DNA of 64,000 bases, taken from contig JAUCBJ010003164.1 in the NCBI GenBank assembly GCA_032718475.1, positions 9,784 through 73,783 on the forward strand, given 5' to 3'. Source of the stretch: Nemertoderma westbladi. Taxonomy: Eukaryota; Animalia; Xenacoelomorpha. Shown one piece after another: positions 25,001-39,700 of this stretch (the stretch's first letter is position 1; the number at the start of each line of letters is the position of its first letter). The position numbers and the translations under genes were made by a program. The notes beneath the pieces are model-generated. The model did not search any database. It was not told the DNA's origin and saw only the letters and a program-made list of their open reading frames with translations.

Positions 25001-28000
25001 GCGTCCGGACTTCCGGGCGACTTTGGAACGGACAAATAGTCGGACAGACAAGTTTAATGGACGCCCGGATTTACAGAATTCCGGGCAGTATTTTGGACAA
25101 ATTTGCCCGGAAATCCGGACAATTTGCCGGATTTTTGGATGTCCGGGCATTCCAGTGCCCGGGCGTCCGGACATCCGGGCGACTTTGGAACGGAAAAATA
25201 GTCGGACAGACAAGTTTAATAGACGCCCGGATTTACGGAATTCCGGGCAGTATTTTGGACAAATTTGCCCGGAAATCCGGACAATTTGCCGGATTTTTGG
25301 ATGTCCGGGCATTCCAGTGCCCGGGCGTCCGGACTTCCGGGCGACTTTGGAACGGACAAATAGTCGGACAGACAAGTTAAATGGACGCCCGGATTTACAG
25401 ATTTCCGGGCAGTATTTTGGACAAATTTGCCCGGAAATCCGGACATTTTGCCGGATTTTTGGATGTCCGGGCATTCCAGTGCCCGGGCGTCCGGACATCC
25501 GGGCGACTTTGGAACGGACAAATAGTCGGACAGACAAGTTTAATGGAAGCCCGGATTTACAGAATTCCGGGCAGTATTTTGGACAAATTTGCCCGGAAAT
25601 CCGGACATTTTGCCGGATTTTTGGATGTCCGGGCATTCCAGTGCCCGGGCGTCCGGACTTCCGGGCGACTTTGGAACGGAAAAATAGTCGGACAGACAAG
25701 TTTAATGGACGCCCAGATTTACGGAATTCCGGCCAGTATTTTGGACAAATTTGCCCGGAAATCCGGACAATTTTCCGGATTTTTGGATGTCCGGGCATTC
25801 CAGTGCCCGGGCGTCCGGACATCCGGGCGACTTTGGAATGGACAAATAGTCGGACAGACAAGTTAAATGGACGCCCGGATTTACAGATTTCCGGGCAGTA
25901 CTTTGGACAAATTTGCCCGGAAATCCGGACATTTTGCCGGATTTTTGGATGTCCGGGCATTCCAGTGCCCGGGCGTCCGGATTTCCGGGCGACTTTGGAA
26001 CGGACAAATAGTCGAACAGACAAGTTTAATGGAAGCCCGGATTTACAAAATTCCGGGCACTATTTTGGACAAATTTACCCGGAAATCCGGACATTTTGCC
26101 GGATTTTTTGATGTCCGGGCATTCCAGTGCCCGGGCGTCCGGACATCCGGGCGACTTTAGAACGGACAAATTGTCGGACAGACAAGTTAAATGGACGCCC
26201 GGATTTACAGAATTCCGGGCAGTATTTTGGACAAATTTGCCCGGAAATCCGGACATTTTGCCGGATTTTTGGATTTCCGGGCATTCCAGTGCCCGGGCGT
26301 CCGGATTTCCGGGCGACTTTGGAACGGACAAATAGTCGGACAGACAAGTTTAATGGAAGCCCGGATTTACAGAATTCCGGGCAGTATTTTGGACAAATTT
26401 ACCCGGAAATCCGGACATTTTGCCGGATTTTTTGATGTCCGGGCATTCCAGTGCCCGGGCGTCCGGACATCCGGGCGACTTTAGAACGGACAAATAGTCG
26501 GACAGACAAGTTAAATGGACGCCCGGATTTATAGAATTCCGGGCAGTATTTTGGACAAATTTGCCCGGAAATCCGGACATTTTGCCGGATTTTTGGATTT
26601 CCGGGCATTCCAGTGCCCGGGCGTCCGGACTTCCGGGCGACTTTGGAACGGACAAATAGTCGGACAGACAAGTTAAATGGACGCCCGGATTTACAGATTT
26701 CCGGGCAGTATTTTGGACGAATTTGCCCGGAAATCCGGACATTTTGCCGGATTTTTGGATTTCCGGGCATTCCAGTGCCCGGGCGTCCGGACTTCCGGGC
26801 GACTTTGGAACGGACAAATTGTCGGACAGACAAGTTAAATGGACGCCCGGATTTACAGATTTCCGGGCAGTATTTTGGACAAATTTGCCCGGAAATCCGG
26901 CCATTTTGCCGGATTTTTGGATTTCCGGGCATTCCAGTGCCCGGGCGTCCGGACATCCGGGCGACTTTAGAACGGACAAATAGTCGAACAGACAAGTTTA
27001 ATAGACGCCCGGATTTACGGAATTCCGGGCAGTATTTTGGAGAAATTTGCCCGGAAATCCGGACATTTTGCCGGATTTTTGGATGTCCGGGCATTCCAGT
27101 GCCCGGGCGTCCGGACTTCCGGGCGACTTTGGAACGGACAAATAGTCGAACAGATAAGTTTAATGGAAGCCCGGATTTTACAGATTTCCGGGCAGTATTT
27201 TGGACAAATTTGCCCGGAAATCCGGACATTTTGCCGGATTTTTGGATTTCCGGGCATTCCAGTGCCCGGGCGTCCGGACTTCCGGGAGACTTTGGAACGG
27301 ACAAATAGTCGGACAGACAAGTTTAATGGATGCCCAGATTTACAGATTTCCGGGCAGTATTTTGGACAAATTTGCCCGGAAATCCGGACATTTTGTCGGA
27401 TTTTTGGATTTCCGGGCATTCCAGTGCCCGGGCGTCCGGACTTCCGGGCGACTTTGGAACGGACAAATAGTCGGACAGACAAGTTTAATGGACGCCCGGA
27501 TTTACAGATTTCCGGGCAGTATTTTGGACAAATTTGCCTGGAAATCCGGACAATTTGCCGGATTTTTGGATTTCCGGGCATTCCAGTGCCCGGGCGCCCG
27601 GACTTCCGGGCGACTTTGGAACGGACAAATAGTCGGACAGACAAGTTTAATGGATGCCCAGATTTACAGATTTCCGGGCAGTATTTTGGACAAATTTGCC
27701 CGGAAATCCGGCCATTTTGCCGGATTTTTGGATTTCCGGGCATTCCAGTGCCCGGGCGTCCGGACATCCGGGTGACTTTGGAACGGACAAATAGTCGAAC
27801 AGATAAGTTTAATGGAAGCCCGGATTTTACAGATTTCCGGGCAGTATTTTGGACAAATTTGCCCGGAAATCCGGACATTTTGCCGGATTTTTGGATTTCC
27901 GGGCATTCCAGTGCCCGGGCGTCCGGACTTCCGGGAGACTTTGGAACGGACAAATAGTCGGACAGACAAGTTTAATGGATGCCCAGATTTTCAGAATTCC

Positions 28001-31000
28001 GGCCAGTATTTTGGAGAAATTTGCCGGGAAATCCGGACATTTTGTCGGATTTTTGGATTTCCGGGCATTCCAGTGCCCGGGCGTCCGGACTTCCGGGCGA
28101 CTTTGGAACGGACAAATAGTCGGACAGACAAGTTTAATGGACGCCCGGATTTACAGATTTCCGGGCAGTATTTTGGACAAATTTGCCCGGAAATCCGGAC
28201 AATTTGCCGGATTTTTGGATTTCCGGGCATTCCAGTGCCCGGGCGCCCGGACTTCCGGGCGACTTTGGAACGGACAAATAGTCGGACAGACAAGTTTAAT
28301 GGATGCCCAGATTTACAGATTTCCGGGCAGTATTTTGGACGAATTTGCCCGGAAATCCGGACAATTTGCCGGATTTTTGGATGTCCGGGCATTCCAGTGC
28401 CCGGGCGTCCGGACATCCGGGCGACTTTGGAACGGACAAATAGTCGAACAGATAAGTTTAATGGAAGCCCGGATTTTACAGATTTCCGGGCAGTATTTTG
28501 GACAAATTTGCCCGGAAATCCGGACATTTTGCCGGATTTTTGGATTTCCGGGCATTCCAGTGCCCGGGCGTCCGGACTTCCGGGAGACTTTGGAACGGAC
28601 AAATAGTCGGACAGACAAGTTTAATGGATGCCTAGATTTTCAGAATTCCGGCCAGTATTTTGGAGAAATTTGCCGGGAAATCCGGACATTTTGTCGGATT
28701 TTTGGATTTCCGGGCATTCCAGTGCCCGGGCGTCCGGACTTCCGGGCGACTTTGGAACGGACAAATAGTCGGACAGACAAGTTTAATGGACGCCCGGATT
28801 TACAGATTTCCGGGCAGTATTTTGGACAAATTTGCCTGGAAATCCGGACAATTTGCCGGATTTTTGGATTTCCGGGCATTCCAGTGCCCGGGCGCCCGGA
28901 CTTCCGGGCGACTTTGGAACGGACAAATAGTCGGACAGACAAGTTTAATGGATGCCCAGATTTACAGATTTCCGGGCAGTATTTTGGACGAATTTGCCCG
29001 GAAATCCGGAAATTTTGCCGGATTTTTGGATTTCCGGGCATTCCAGTGCCCAGGCGCCCGGACTTCCGGGCGACTTTGGAACGGACAAATAGTCGGACAG
29101 ACAAGTTAAATGGACGCCCGGATGTACAGATTTCCGGGCAGTATTTTGGACGAATTTGCCCGGAAATCCGGACAATTTGCCGGATTTTTGGATGTCCGGG
29201 CATTCCAGTGCCCGGGCGTCCGGACATCCGGGCGACTTTAGAACGGACAAATAGTCGAACAGACAAGTTTAATAGACGCCCGGATTTACGGAATTCCGGG
29301 CAGTATTTTGGAGAAATTTGCCGGGAAATCCGGACATTTTGTCGGATTTTTGGATTTCCGGGCATTCCAGTGCCCGGGCGTCCGGACTTCCGGGCGACTT
29401 TGGAACGGACAAATAGTCGGACAGACAAGTTTAATGGACGCCCGGATTTACAGATTTCCGGGCAGTATTTTGGACAAATTTGCCTGGAAATCCGGACAAT
29501 TTGCCGGATTTTTGGATTTCCGGGCATTCCAGTGCCCGGGCGCCCGGACTTCCGGGCGACTTTGGAACGGACAAATAGTCGGACAGACAAGTTTAATGGA
29601 TGCCCAGATTTACCGATTTCCGGGCAGTATTTTGGACGAATTTGCCCGGAAATCCGGACATTTTGCCGGATTTTTGGATTTCCGGGCATTCCAGTGCCCA
29701 GGCGCCCGGACTTCCGGGCGACTTTGGAACGGACAAATAGTCGGACAGACAAGTTAAATGGACGCCCGGATTTACAGATTTCCGGGCAGTATTTTGGACG
29801 AATTTGCCCGGAAATCCGGACAATTTGCCGGATTTTTGGATGTCCGGGCATTCCAGTGCCCGGGCGTCCGGACATCCGGGCGACTTTAGAACGGACAAAT
29901 AGTCGAACAGACAAGTTTAATAGACGCCCGGATTTACGGAATTCCGGGCAGTATTTTGGAGAAATTTGCCGGGAAATCCGGACATTTTGTCGGATTTTTG
30001 GATTTCCGGGCATTCCAGTGCCCGGGCGTCCGGACTTCCGGGCGACTTTGGAACGGACAAATAGTCGGACAGACAAGTTTAATGGACGCCCGGATTTACA
30101 GATTTCCGGGCAGTATTTTGGACAAATTTGCCTGGAAATCCGGACAATTTGCCGGATTTTTGGATTTCCGGGCATTCCAGTGCCCGGGCGCCCGGACTTC
30201 CGGGCGACTTTGGAACGGACAAATAGTCGGACAGACAAGTTTAATGGATGCCCAGATTTACCGATTTCCGGGCAGTATTTTGGACGAATTTGCCCGGAAA
30301 TCCGGACATTTTGCCGGATTTTTGGATTTCCGGGCATTCCAGTGCCCAGGCGCCCGGACTTCCGGGCGACTTTGGAACGGACAAATAGTCGGACAGACAA
30401 GTTAAATGGACGCCCGGATTTACAGATTTCCGGGCAGTATTTTGGACGAATTTGCCCGGAAATCCGGACAATTTGCCGGATTTTTGGATGTCCGGGCATT
30501 CCAGTGCCCGGGCGTCCGGACATCCGGGCGACTTTAGAACGGACAAATAGTCGAACAGACAAGTTTAATAGACGCCCGGATTTACGGAATTCCGGGCAGT
30601 ATTTTGGAGAAATTTGCCCGGAAATCCGGACATTTTGCCGGATTTTTGGATGTCCGGGCATTCCAGTGCCCGGGCGTCCGGATTTCCGGGCGACTTTGGA
30701 ACGGACAAATAGTCGGACAGACAAGTTTAAAGTCATTTTGAGAGTTTTCCCGGAAAAACAGACATTTTGGTCGGATTTCCCGACATCCGGGCATCCTTTT
30801 GCCCGGACGTCCGGACATGCGGACGTCTGGGCGACTTTGGAACAGTCAAATATGCCGACAGAAATGTTTACTGAACGCCCAGATTTGCCGAATTCCGGAC
30901 AGTCATTTTGACAGTTTGCCCGGAAATACAGACATTTTGGTCGAATTTCCGGACATCCGGGCATTCTAGTGCCCGGACGTCCGTATATGCGGATGTCTGG

Positions 31001-31218
31001 GCGACTTTAGAACAGTCAAATAAGCAGACAGAAAAGTTTACTGAACGCCCAGAGTTACCGAATTCCGGACAGTCATTTTGACAGTTTGCCCGGAAATACA
31101 GACATTTTGGCCTGATTTCCGGGCGTCCGGGCATCCTTGCGCCCGTATATCCGGACGCCCGGGCGACTTTAGAACAGTCAAATAGGCAGACAGAAACGTT
31201 TACTGGATGCCCCGATTT
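22006..31218. repeat. 162-bp satellite array 2 (about 57 monomers; diverged monomers at about 30730-31218)
   Basis: Same monomer. Confidence 0.98.
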
Positions 31219-32370
31219 TGATGCCCAAATATTGGTGTTTAATCTCAAATTGCAAGGGGGGGGGGGGGTTGTCACGAATCTAATCTCCGCTAATTACAGT
31301 AATATCTCATCTCGTCGAATAAGAGATGTAACTTATCAATTAAGGGGTAGGTGCTGGTTATAATGGCACGTTATTCTAACCAAAACAATAAACATTTACA
31401 CAGTTACAGTTACATTTTTGCGAGTAATCAATAATTGTTACAGTATTTGCTACGGTTTCCCCCTTAAAAGGGTTAAATTTTGGTTGCGTCGAGAACACCA
31501 ACACTACCTCCACCACTCGCCACTCCAGAGTCATTTCAAACCGAAATTTATTCGCCAAAAAATACTTGTCTTGAATAATTCTTGACATTAAGTTTAATAA
31601 CGACGAAGGCCAGCCCTAACTAACAAGCACAATACGGTTATGACAATACAGTTACGTAAAGATATTATTAGCCAAGCAAATAATGACGTAACACTGTGAC
31701 ACGTTATTATTATTGCACAAAGAATGACCAACCCAAAATATGGCTTGTCTTCAAAGTGAACGCCATTTAGATCACGCTAACTACTTACTGTATACTCTCG
31801 GAGAAACATTAATAATTAGTTTAATTAATTTATAAATTATTAATTAAATTGAAACAACTGAGTTTATAATTAGAATTTAATAAATGTATTTAAACGAAAT
31901 ATAACATTACATATATGTGCAAAATGCGCAGAGAAAATATACCGATACTGTAGCGCACGAAAGACTCAAAGAAAAATTAAAAAAATACAGATTGATGGTT
32001 AAAATAAACCAAAATTATAAAACGAGGGTGGGCTACAATTTTAAGGATCGTTAAATACAGTATGGTTGTTACTCGTCAGTAACATGAAATGGAATAGAAA
32101 CACAACGCAATTCAGTGTTCCATACCAAAAAATATCAACCAATTACATTTTAACACGTAAATAAATACCGACTTTTGTGTCTATTTGTGCTTAATATGAG
32201 TGACAGCTACAGATAAATAATAAAATTACACCCAAATATTTACTGTGTTCGTTGCAGCCATATAACAGTATTATGAAGCCATTGACGTCAGCAACATTAC
32301 GAGAATGTATTAATACTGTCAAACTATTAGGTAAGGATATCACTTTCGCTTTTCCCTTTAGATCACCTGT

Positions 32371-34757
32371 CTATCTCAGACTGCCTCTGTGGTGTGGGGA
32401 TGCGTAATCCTCCACGATTGGTTGTTGTTCCACTGAGTAGAACTGGTTGTTATAAGGTTCGGGGTTGTAGGCTTCACTCTGAACATAGTTCGAGCTGTCC
32501 TGCCCAACTGTACCGTAGGATTTCGCCGCACCGTCTAGCTTATCTTTATTATCTAGAATTATAATGAAGTCATTAATAGAAACTAATTGATACACTACTG
32601 TAGGGGTAAATTTATCGTACCGCGCCAACTAGCGGTGGTTGTATGCACCGGATTGCATCGCAAGGCAGCCATTATGGGGCGAGCCATGTACTAGTTCAAA
32701 AGTATTAACTAGAGTCATATTCTTTCCAAAACTCTAACTAAATGAGGATACATTTAATACCCTCTCTAGCTTATTTATGATGGTGTATCTGTATCCTGCT
32801 CTTTTCATTTTCTTTTACTTTTTCTTCTTTCAACTTTTTTTTATTTGAAGGTTCTTCTGTCACTTTACCTTCAGTAATTTACCAACAATTAATTATTGAA
32901 CTACTATTGTGATTTCACTACAAACTGGTTATATTTTACATTTTATATAATCGCATTTACCTAGGCAGGTATCTTTCTCATCGGCCCAAGGTTGTTTCTC
33001 ACCAGACGCGAATACCCCGTAGAATATGATCCCGGCGTAGTGGACTGTAGACGCTATGATAAACACACTTTGCCATTCCAACGCCATCTAGAGGAAGACA
33101 ATTAATAGGGTAGTAATTAATTAAGGATTTATAATATTGAAAGTATCTGTGCATCATGATTTTAAATAACTTTAATTGAACTTAATATACTTATACTTTT
33201 TTAATAAAACAACATTTTAATGTTAATTTCTGTTTTGATATTTCTTCCGAAAAAAAAAACAATAAAAATGTTGATTTAATATAACAAAAACATTTAATAA
33301 CGCAATCGCATCGTACCTTGTGTTTGGTGAGCAGACCAACAACCATGGGACACACCATCCCGGATAAAGTTCCGACCCCGTTAGAGATACCCATTAGTAT
33401 GCTAGCGAACCGGGGAGCAATGTCAAGGTGGTTAACGTTGAATCCTGAGGACATATATAATCATAAAAATACAAGTTCAAAGAAATTAAACTAAATGTTG
33501 CAAAATTATTAATGAAAAAATTTACAAAGATAATTAATCAAGAAAAACGTAATATTATTAATCCCAAATGCTAAAACTAATTTAAGGATGTAATATAATT
33601 AATGGTTTTGTTCAGAAATGGAAAAAATGAGAAAGCGCGTCACCGGGGGTTGAAAACTACAGTAATTAAACACGACATCTCAATAAATCACTGTCTAGAC
33701 ACCTACCGCGCCATTCTAACGTACCTGCGGTAATTAAATTTCCCATTATTGTCATTCATATTAACATTATTTAGGTTAAATTGAGTGAAAAACATGTTAT
33801 CAATGGGTAGGATGCCATAAAAACACCATAATTATAGTAAAAGTTTATATTTTTGGTGTGTAAAATAATTATAGAAAAAGTTTTAAGATTGCAGTACACG
33901 GTGTGGTGTGGAAGTTAGGCAGTCCTATTCCATATGAAACCGAAAGTTTGTTATGAATTCTGTACCGTATTGACTATTATGTCACAATACTGTGGGGCGA
34001 GCCACGAAAGTAAACGAACTTATAATACGGGTACCACTATCTGCTTGGCGGTCGGTCGGTCGCCCGGTCTTTCTGTCTGTCGGACTTATCATTAACTGCT
34101 TTATTCTCAGGAACTCCGCACTTTCTTAAAACGTTGTAGGACTGAACTATGAAAAATGTTTAGAAAGTCTGACAGACTTGAAGGTCATCGGTCCGCAGTT
34201 CTCCAGTATGCCGCTAGAGTGCAAAATATTTGAAGTTGAAAAACTTCCACCGTTTTATTTTTATTTTAAATAGTTCAAACTTGGCATATATGTACTAGAA
34301 AACTGGCTGCTTCATTGTGAGGCGGTACTCCGTCTCCACTTCTAATGTTTCGCTCTCGGGATCGAGATGTCTGAAAGTGAAACCCTTCTCTTATTTCGTT
34401 ATTTGTTATACGTTAAAACCGCCTAGTGGAACTAATTCTTTTGCTATATTAATAATAAATTGTAACAGAATAATACGGTTACAGCAGGCCTATATATTAA
34501 AAAAAACTCTTACCCGATATGGCAAATCCACTAAACCCTACAGCCATGGTCAGGCAGGTTATAGCTGTTGTGCGGTCTCTTGTCATGGCAACACCCAATA
34601 GGAAACTAGCCTCCATACCGAAACCGCCGCAGTTGAAGATCTTTCGAACGGCCGTGGTTGATAAAATACCGCGCGATCGCAGAAAATCCGCCATGTATCC
34701 ACCGATAGGAACCAAAATCGCCATTACAAGATGGGGTAGGGCCGAAAGGATACCAAT
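32371..34757 (-). CDS. VGLUT: VGLUT 3' partial, copy 3: exons 34757-34514, 33444-33317, 33087-32961, 32552-32371
   Basis: Same exons; one synonymous change seen (CTG>CTT Leu at 33425); introns are the most diverged of the four copies. Confidence 0.92.
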
Positions 34758-35315
34758 CTGTCGTGAAAGAATACATTATATCAATAAATTATGTAGGAAA
34801 GGGAAAGTCCAAAGCATTAATAAATCTATTGTTAGATAACGAGTTTGTATTGTTGGTTGGACCTGTTAAAGTGACCAAATGGAATCAAAAGACAAAGAGG
34901 TTACGATCTGAGTATATATTTCGGGCAACAGCCCTTTATCAACTCATAATAATATATTGTGGTTCTGGAAATGTGATACAAAGTTGCCAAGTGATCTACT
35001 TAAATTTGTGCACAAAAAATTCGGATTTGATAAGATTCGAACACACGGCTTCTAGCTGATAAGTCGAACGGCTCTCCGTTACACGTTACAACACTATTGG
35101 TACAAGTTAAACACGAAATATCGGAGACAACCTGAAATCTACTCTCTCTTGGCTGTTACATGTAAAGCGGAAATCGCACACTCTACAGTAACTTATACGG
35201 ATGCAGAGCACCTTAGTAGCTACCCAATGCCAATTCCGCCCGCAAAATAAGGTGCCCATATCGATGGTTAGACACCAAGTTACGAAACGAACACTACGTG
35301 TACTCATAGACATAG

Positions 35316-35405
35316 ACTCACCTGGGACACAAAACGGGCACTGGCCATAGACTCACCTGGGACACAAAGGGGTACACTGGACTGGGCATAGACTCACCTG
35401 GGACA
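35316..35405 (-). repeat. CAG|GTGAGT minisatellite, unit 3 (3 units, variant, followed by a deletion relative to other copies)
   Basis: gactcacctgggacac three times, then joins directly to cattaatgcgacg. Confidence 0.8.
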
Positions 35406-36777
35406 CCATTAATGCGACGTCTCTATAATAAAGCAGATAATATTTAGGCCTATGAATAAACAAACTATAATAATACTGGAATACAAAACTAAACACTAAA
35501 TAGGGTAACTAACTAGAAAGTCAAGGTTAAACCAAACCGAATGAATATAATTCAAAGCCGGTTGGTTGAAAGCATATTATATTGATATGAAGACACAAGA
35601 GTATTGTTATTGACTTCGCAATACAAAGTAATAATTATATGTCTGGAGGGAGGAATGACCCCGTGCCTTTGAATAATAGCCGACCCACTGACCGGCATTG
35701 CAATTAATAATAAAAATGCTTCTACAGCTACGGTACTGTACAGCCAATAAGAACATTGAATATTAGTTGAAGGCAATGGCTGTATGAATAGCCGCGTTAA
35801 GTTAAACTGCAACAGAGGTGTATGTAAAGTGAAAGAAATAGGCCACAGTCACTCAGGTAAGCAAGCCTGAATGAGATGATGAGTATGACAAGGGCTTGAA
35901 GTATTGGCTATCCCGCCCATAAACTATGTAACTGTATGATATTTCGTCTTAATTCCCGCTTTGAGGTTCTGAAGGATGAGTTGATTCCACTTTTTAGCTG
36001 TTATTTAGGTGAAACAAAAGATAAGAAGAGGACTTAAAGGAACACTTTATATTTTCACTTAATTAACAGCAGAAATATTTTGGAATTGAAGTTATTAATT
36101 TTTGTAGATAACTTTCTCCAGAAATGTGTGAAAGACAATTTTGAAAATCAGCGAGATTTTGTGAAAGTGTCTTTAAAAAATGAGTGTAAGTCAGCCAATG
36201 GGCATAGCTGAATCGACATTATGTTTTTTTTGTAATAACGCGCCATAGAATAACATGGAGTAACTATGACAATACCATGGTAAGGGCCAGTCCTTAGCAT
36301 ATAAATAATAATTGTCTCTAGCGGCTGCACCCCCCCCCGGCCGTCTCTCTCTGCTGCCTCTAGCGTCGGTAGTAAATTCATACTGTGCCACGTGGTGGTG
36401 TGTAACACTTTTCCTATTGTAAGTACAATGAATGTGGTAGGGATGGATATGGATAAGGCAATAATTATTCTATCATAGGAGAAGGGGAATATTATATGTT
36501 GATGTGGGCAGGGAATAATGCCGGTGGTTGGGTTATATTGTTAAAGTAATGAAAAGTTTAAAGGTCTGTATGTTCGGTTCTTGTGGATGAAAAATGCTGA
36601 ATTAAATTTCTTTAGATTCACTGTAAATTGATCTTTCTATTCATACCAAGAACTAACAATCAGAATCAAGAATAACCTTATTTGAAAAATTAATTATTTA
36701 TATATGCTGCGGTATGCAATGCCATTGGTTTCAATATCGATTACAATATCAATATCGGTTATTGGTATTGGTTACTG

Positions 36778-39700
36778 GTACTGCTACTTGTACTTGTACT
36801 TGTACTTGTACTTGTACTTGTACTTGTACTGGTACTTGTACTGGTACTTGTACCTGTACTTGTACTTGTACTTGTACCTGTACTTGTACTTGTACTTGTA
36901 CTTGTACCTGTACTTGTACTTGTAATTGTGCTTGTGCTTGTGCTTGTGCTTATGCTTGTGCTTGTACTTGTACTTGTACCTGTACTTGTACTTGAACTTG
37001 TACTTGTACTTGTAATTGTACTTGTACTTGTATTTGTACTTGTAATTGTGCTTGTGCTTGTGCTTGTGCTTGTGCTTATGCTTGTACTTGTACTTGTACC
37101 TGTACTTGTACCTGTACTCTTACTTGTACTTGTACTTGTAATTGAACTTGAACTTGTAATTTTACTTGTACTTGTACTTGTACCTGTACTTGTACTTGAA
37201 CTTGTACTGGTACTTGTACTGGTACTTGTACCTGTACTTGTACTTGTACTTGTAATTGAACTTGAACTTGTACTTGTACTTGTACTTGTACTTGTACTTG
37301 TACTTGTACTTGTACTGGTACTTGTACTGGTACTTGTACCTGTACTTGTACTTGTAATTGAACTTGAACTTGTAATTGTACTTGTACTTGTACTTGTACT
37401 TGTACTTGTACTTGTACTTGTACATGTACATGTACTTGAACTTGTACTTGTACTTGAACTTGTACTTGTACTTGTACTTGTACCTGTACTTGTACTTGTA
37501 CTTGTACTTGAACTTGTACTTGTACTTGTACCTGTACTTGTACTTGAACTTGTACTTGTACTTGTAATTGTACTTGTACTTGTATTTGTACTTGTACTTG
37601 TACTTGTACTTGTACTTGTACTTGTACTTGTACTGGTACTTGTACTTGTACCTGTACTTGTACTTGTACTTGTACCTGTACTTGTACTTGTACTTGAACT
37701 TGTACTTGTACCTGTACTTGTACTTGTACTTGTAATTGTGCTTGTGCTTGTGCTTGTGCTTATGCTTGTGCTTGTACTTGTACTTGCACTTGTACTTGTA
37801 ATTGTGCTTGTGCTTGTGCTTGTGATTGTGTTTGTGCTTATGCTTGTGCTTGTACTTGTACTTGTACTTGCACTTGTACTTGTGCTTGTGCTTGTGCTTG
37901 TGCTTGTGCCTGTGCTTGTACTTGTACTTGTACTTGCACTTGTACTTGTGCTTGTGCTTGTGCTTGTGCTTGTGCCTGTGCTTGTGCTTATGCTTATGCT
38001 TGTGCTTGTACTTGTAATTGTACTTGTACATGTACTTGAACTTGTACTTGTACTTGAACTTGTACTTGTACTTGAACTTGTGCTTGTGCTTGTACTTGTA
38101 CTTGCACTTGTGCTTGTGCTTGTGCTTGTGCTTGTGCTTGTGCCTGTGCTTGTGCTTATGCTTATGCTTGTGCTTGTACTTGTAATTGTACTTGTACATG
38201 TACTTGAACTTGTACTTGTACTTGAACTTGTACTTGTACTTGTGCTTGTACTTGTACTTGCACTTGTACTTGTGCTTGTGCTTGTGCTTGTGCTTGTACT
38301 TGTACTTGTACATGTACTTGAACTTGTACTTGTACTTGAACTTGTACTTGTACTTGAACTTGTACTTGTAATTGTGCTTGTGCTTGTGCTTGTGCTTGTG
38401 CTTGTGCTTGTGCTTGTGCTTGTGCTTATGCTTGTACATGTACTTGAACTTGTACTTGAACTTGTACTTGTACCTGTACTTGTACTTGTACTTGTACATG
38501 TACTTGTACATGTACATGTACTTGAACTTGTACCTGTACCTGTAGTTGTACTTGTACTTCTAATTGTACTTGTACTTGTACTTGTACATGTACTTGTACC
38601 TGTACTTGTACTTGTACTTGTACTTGTACTTGAACTTGTACTTGTACTTGTACCTGTACTTGTACTTGTACTTGTACTTGTACTTGAACTTGTACATGTA
38701 CATGTACTTGAACTTGTACCTGTACCTGTAGTTGTACTTGTACTTCTAATTGTACTTGTACTTGTACTTGTACTTGTACTTGTACTTGTACTTGTACATG
38801 TACTTGAACTTGTACTTGAACTTGTACTTGTAATTGCACTTGCACTTGTACTTGTAATTATACTTGTACTTGTACTTGTACTTGTACTTGTACTTGTACT
38901 TGTACTTGTACTTGTGCTTGTAATTGTGCTTGTGCTTGTGCTTATGCTTGTTCTTGTACTTGTACTTGTACTTGTGCTTGTGCTTGTGCTTGTGCTTGTG
39001 CTTGTGCTTATGCTTGTTCTTGTACTTGTACTTGTACTTGTACTTGTACTTGTACTTGCACTTGTACTTGTAATTGTGCTTGTGCTTGTGCTTGTGCTTA
39101 TGCTTGTGCTTGTACTTGTACTTGTACTTGTACTTGCACTTGTACTTGTAATTGTGCTTGTGCTTGTGCTTGTGCTTGTGATTGTGTTTGTGCTTATGCT
39201 TGTGCTTGTACTTGTACTTGCACTTGTACTTGTAATTGTGCTTGTGCTTGTGCTTGTGATTGTGTTTGTGCTTATGCTTGTACTTGTACTTGTACTTGTA
39301 CATGTACTTGTACTTGAACTTGTACTTGAACTTGTACTTGTAATTGTGCTTGTGCTTGTGCTTGTGCTTGTGCTTGTGCTTGTGCTTGTGCTTATGCTTG
39401 TTCTTGTGCTTGTGCTTGTGCTTATGCTTGTTCTTGTACTTGTACTTGTACTTGTAATTATACTTGTACTTGTACTTGTGCTTGTACTTGCACTTGTAAT
39501 TGTGCTTGTGCTTATGCTTGTTGTTGTACTTGTACTTGTACTTGTACTTGTACTTGCACTTGTACTTGTAATTGTGCTTGTGCTTGTGCTTGTGATTGTG
39601 TTTGTGCTTATGCTTGTACTTGTACTTGTACTTGTACATGTACTTGAACTTGTACTTGTACTTGCACTTGCACTTGTACTTGTACTTGTACTTGTACTTG

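Larger units (their letters stand above)
14177..32030. repeat. Macro-repeat unit 2 (17854 bp)
   Basis: Near-identical unique sequence; longer because its 162-bp array is about 9.2 kb. Confidence 0.95.

Noticed and set aside
31376-31588. 70-aa ORF spanning the empty PLE site (also 45194-45406)
   Set aside because: No recognisable domain; recurs only because the unit is duplicated and is disrupted in unit 1.
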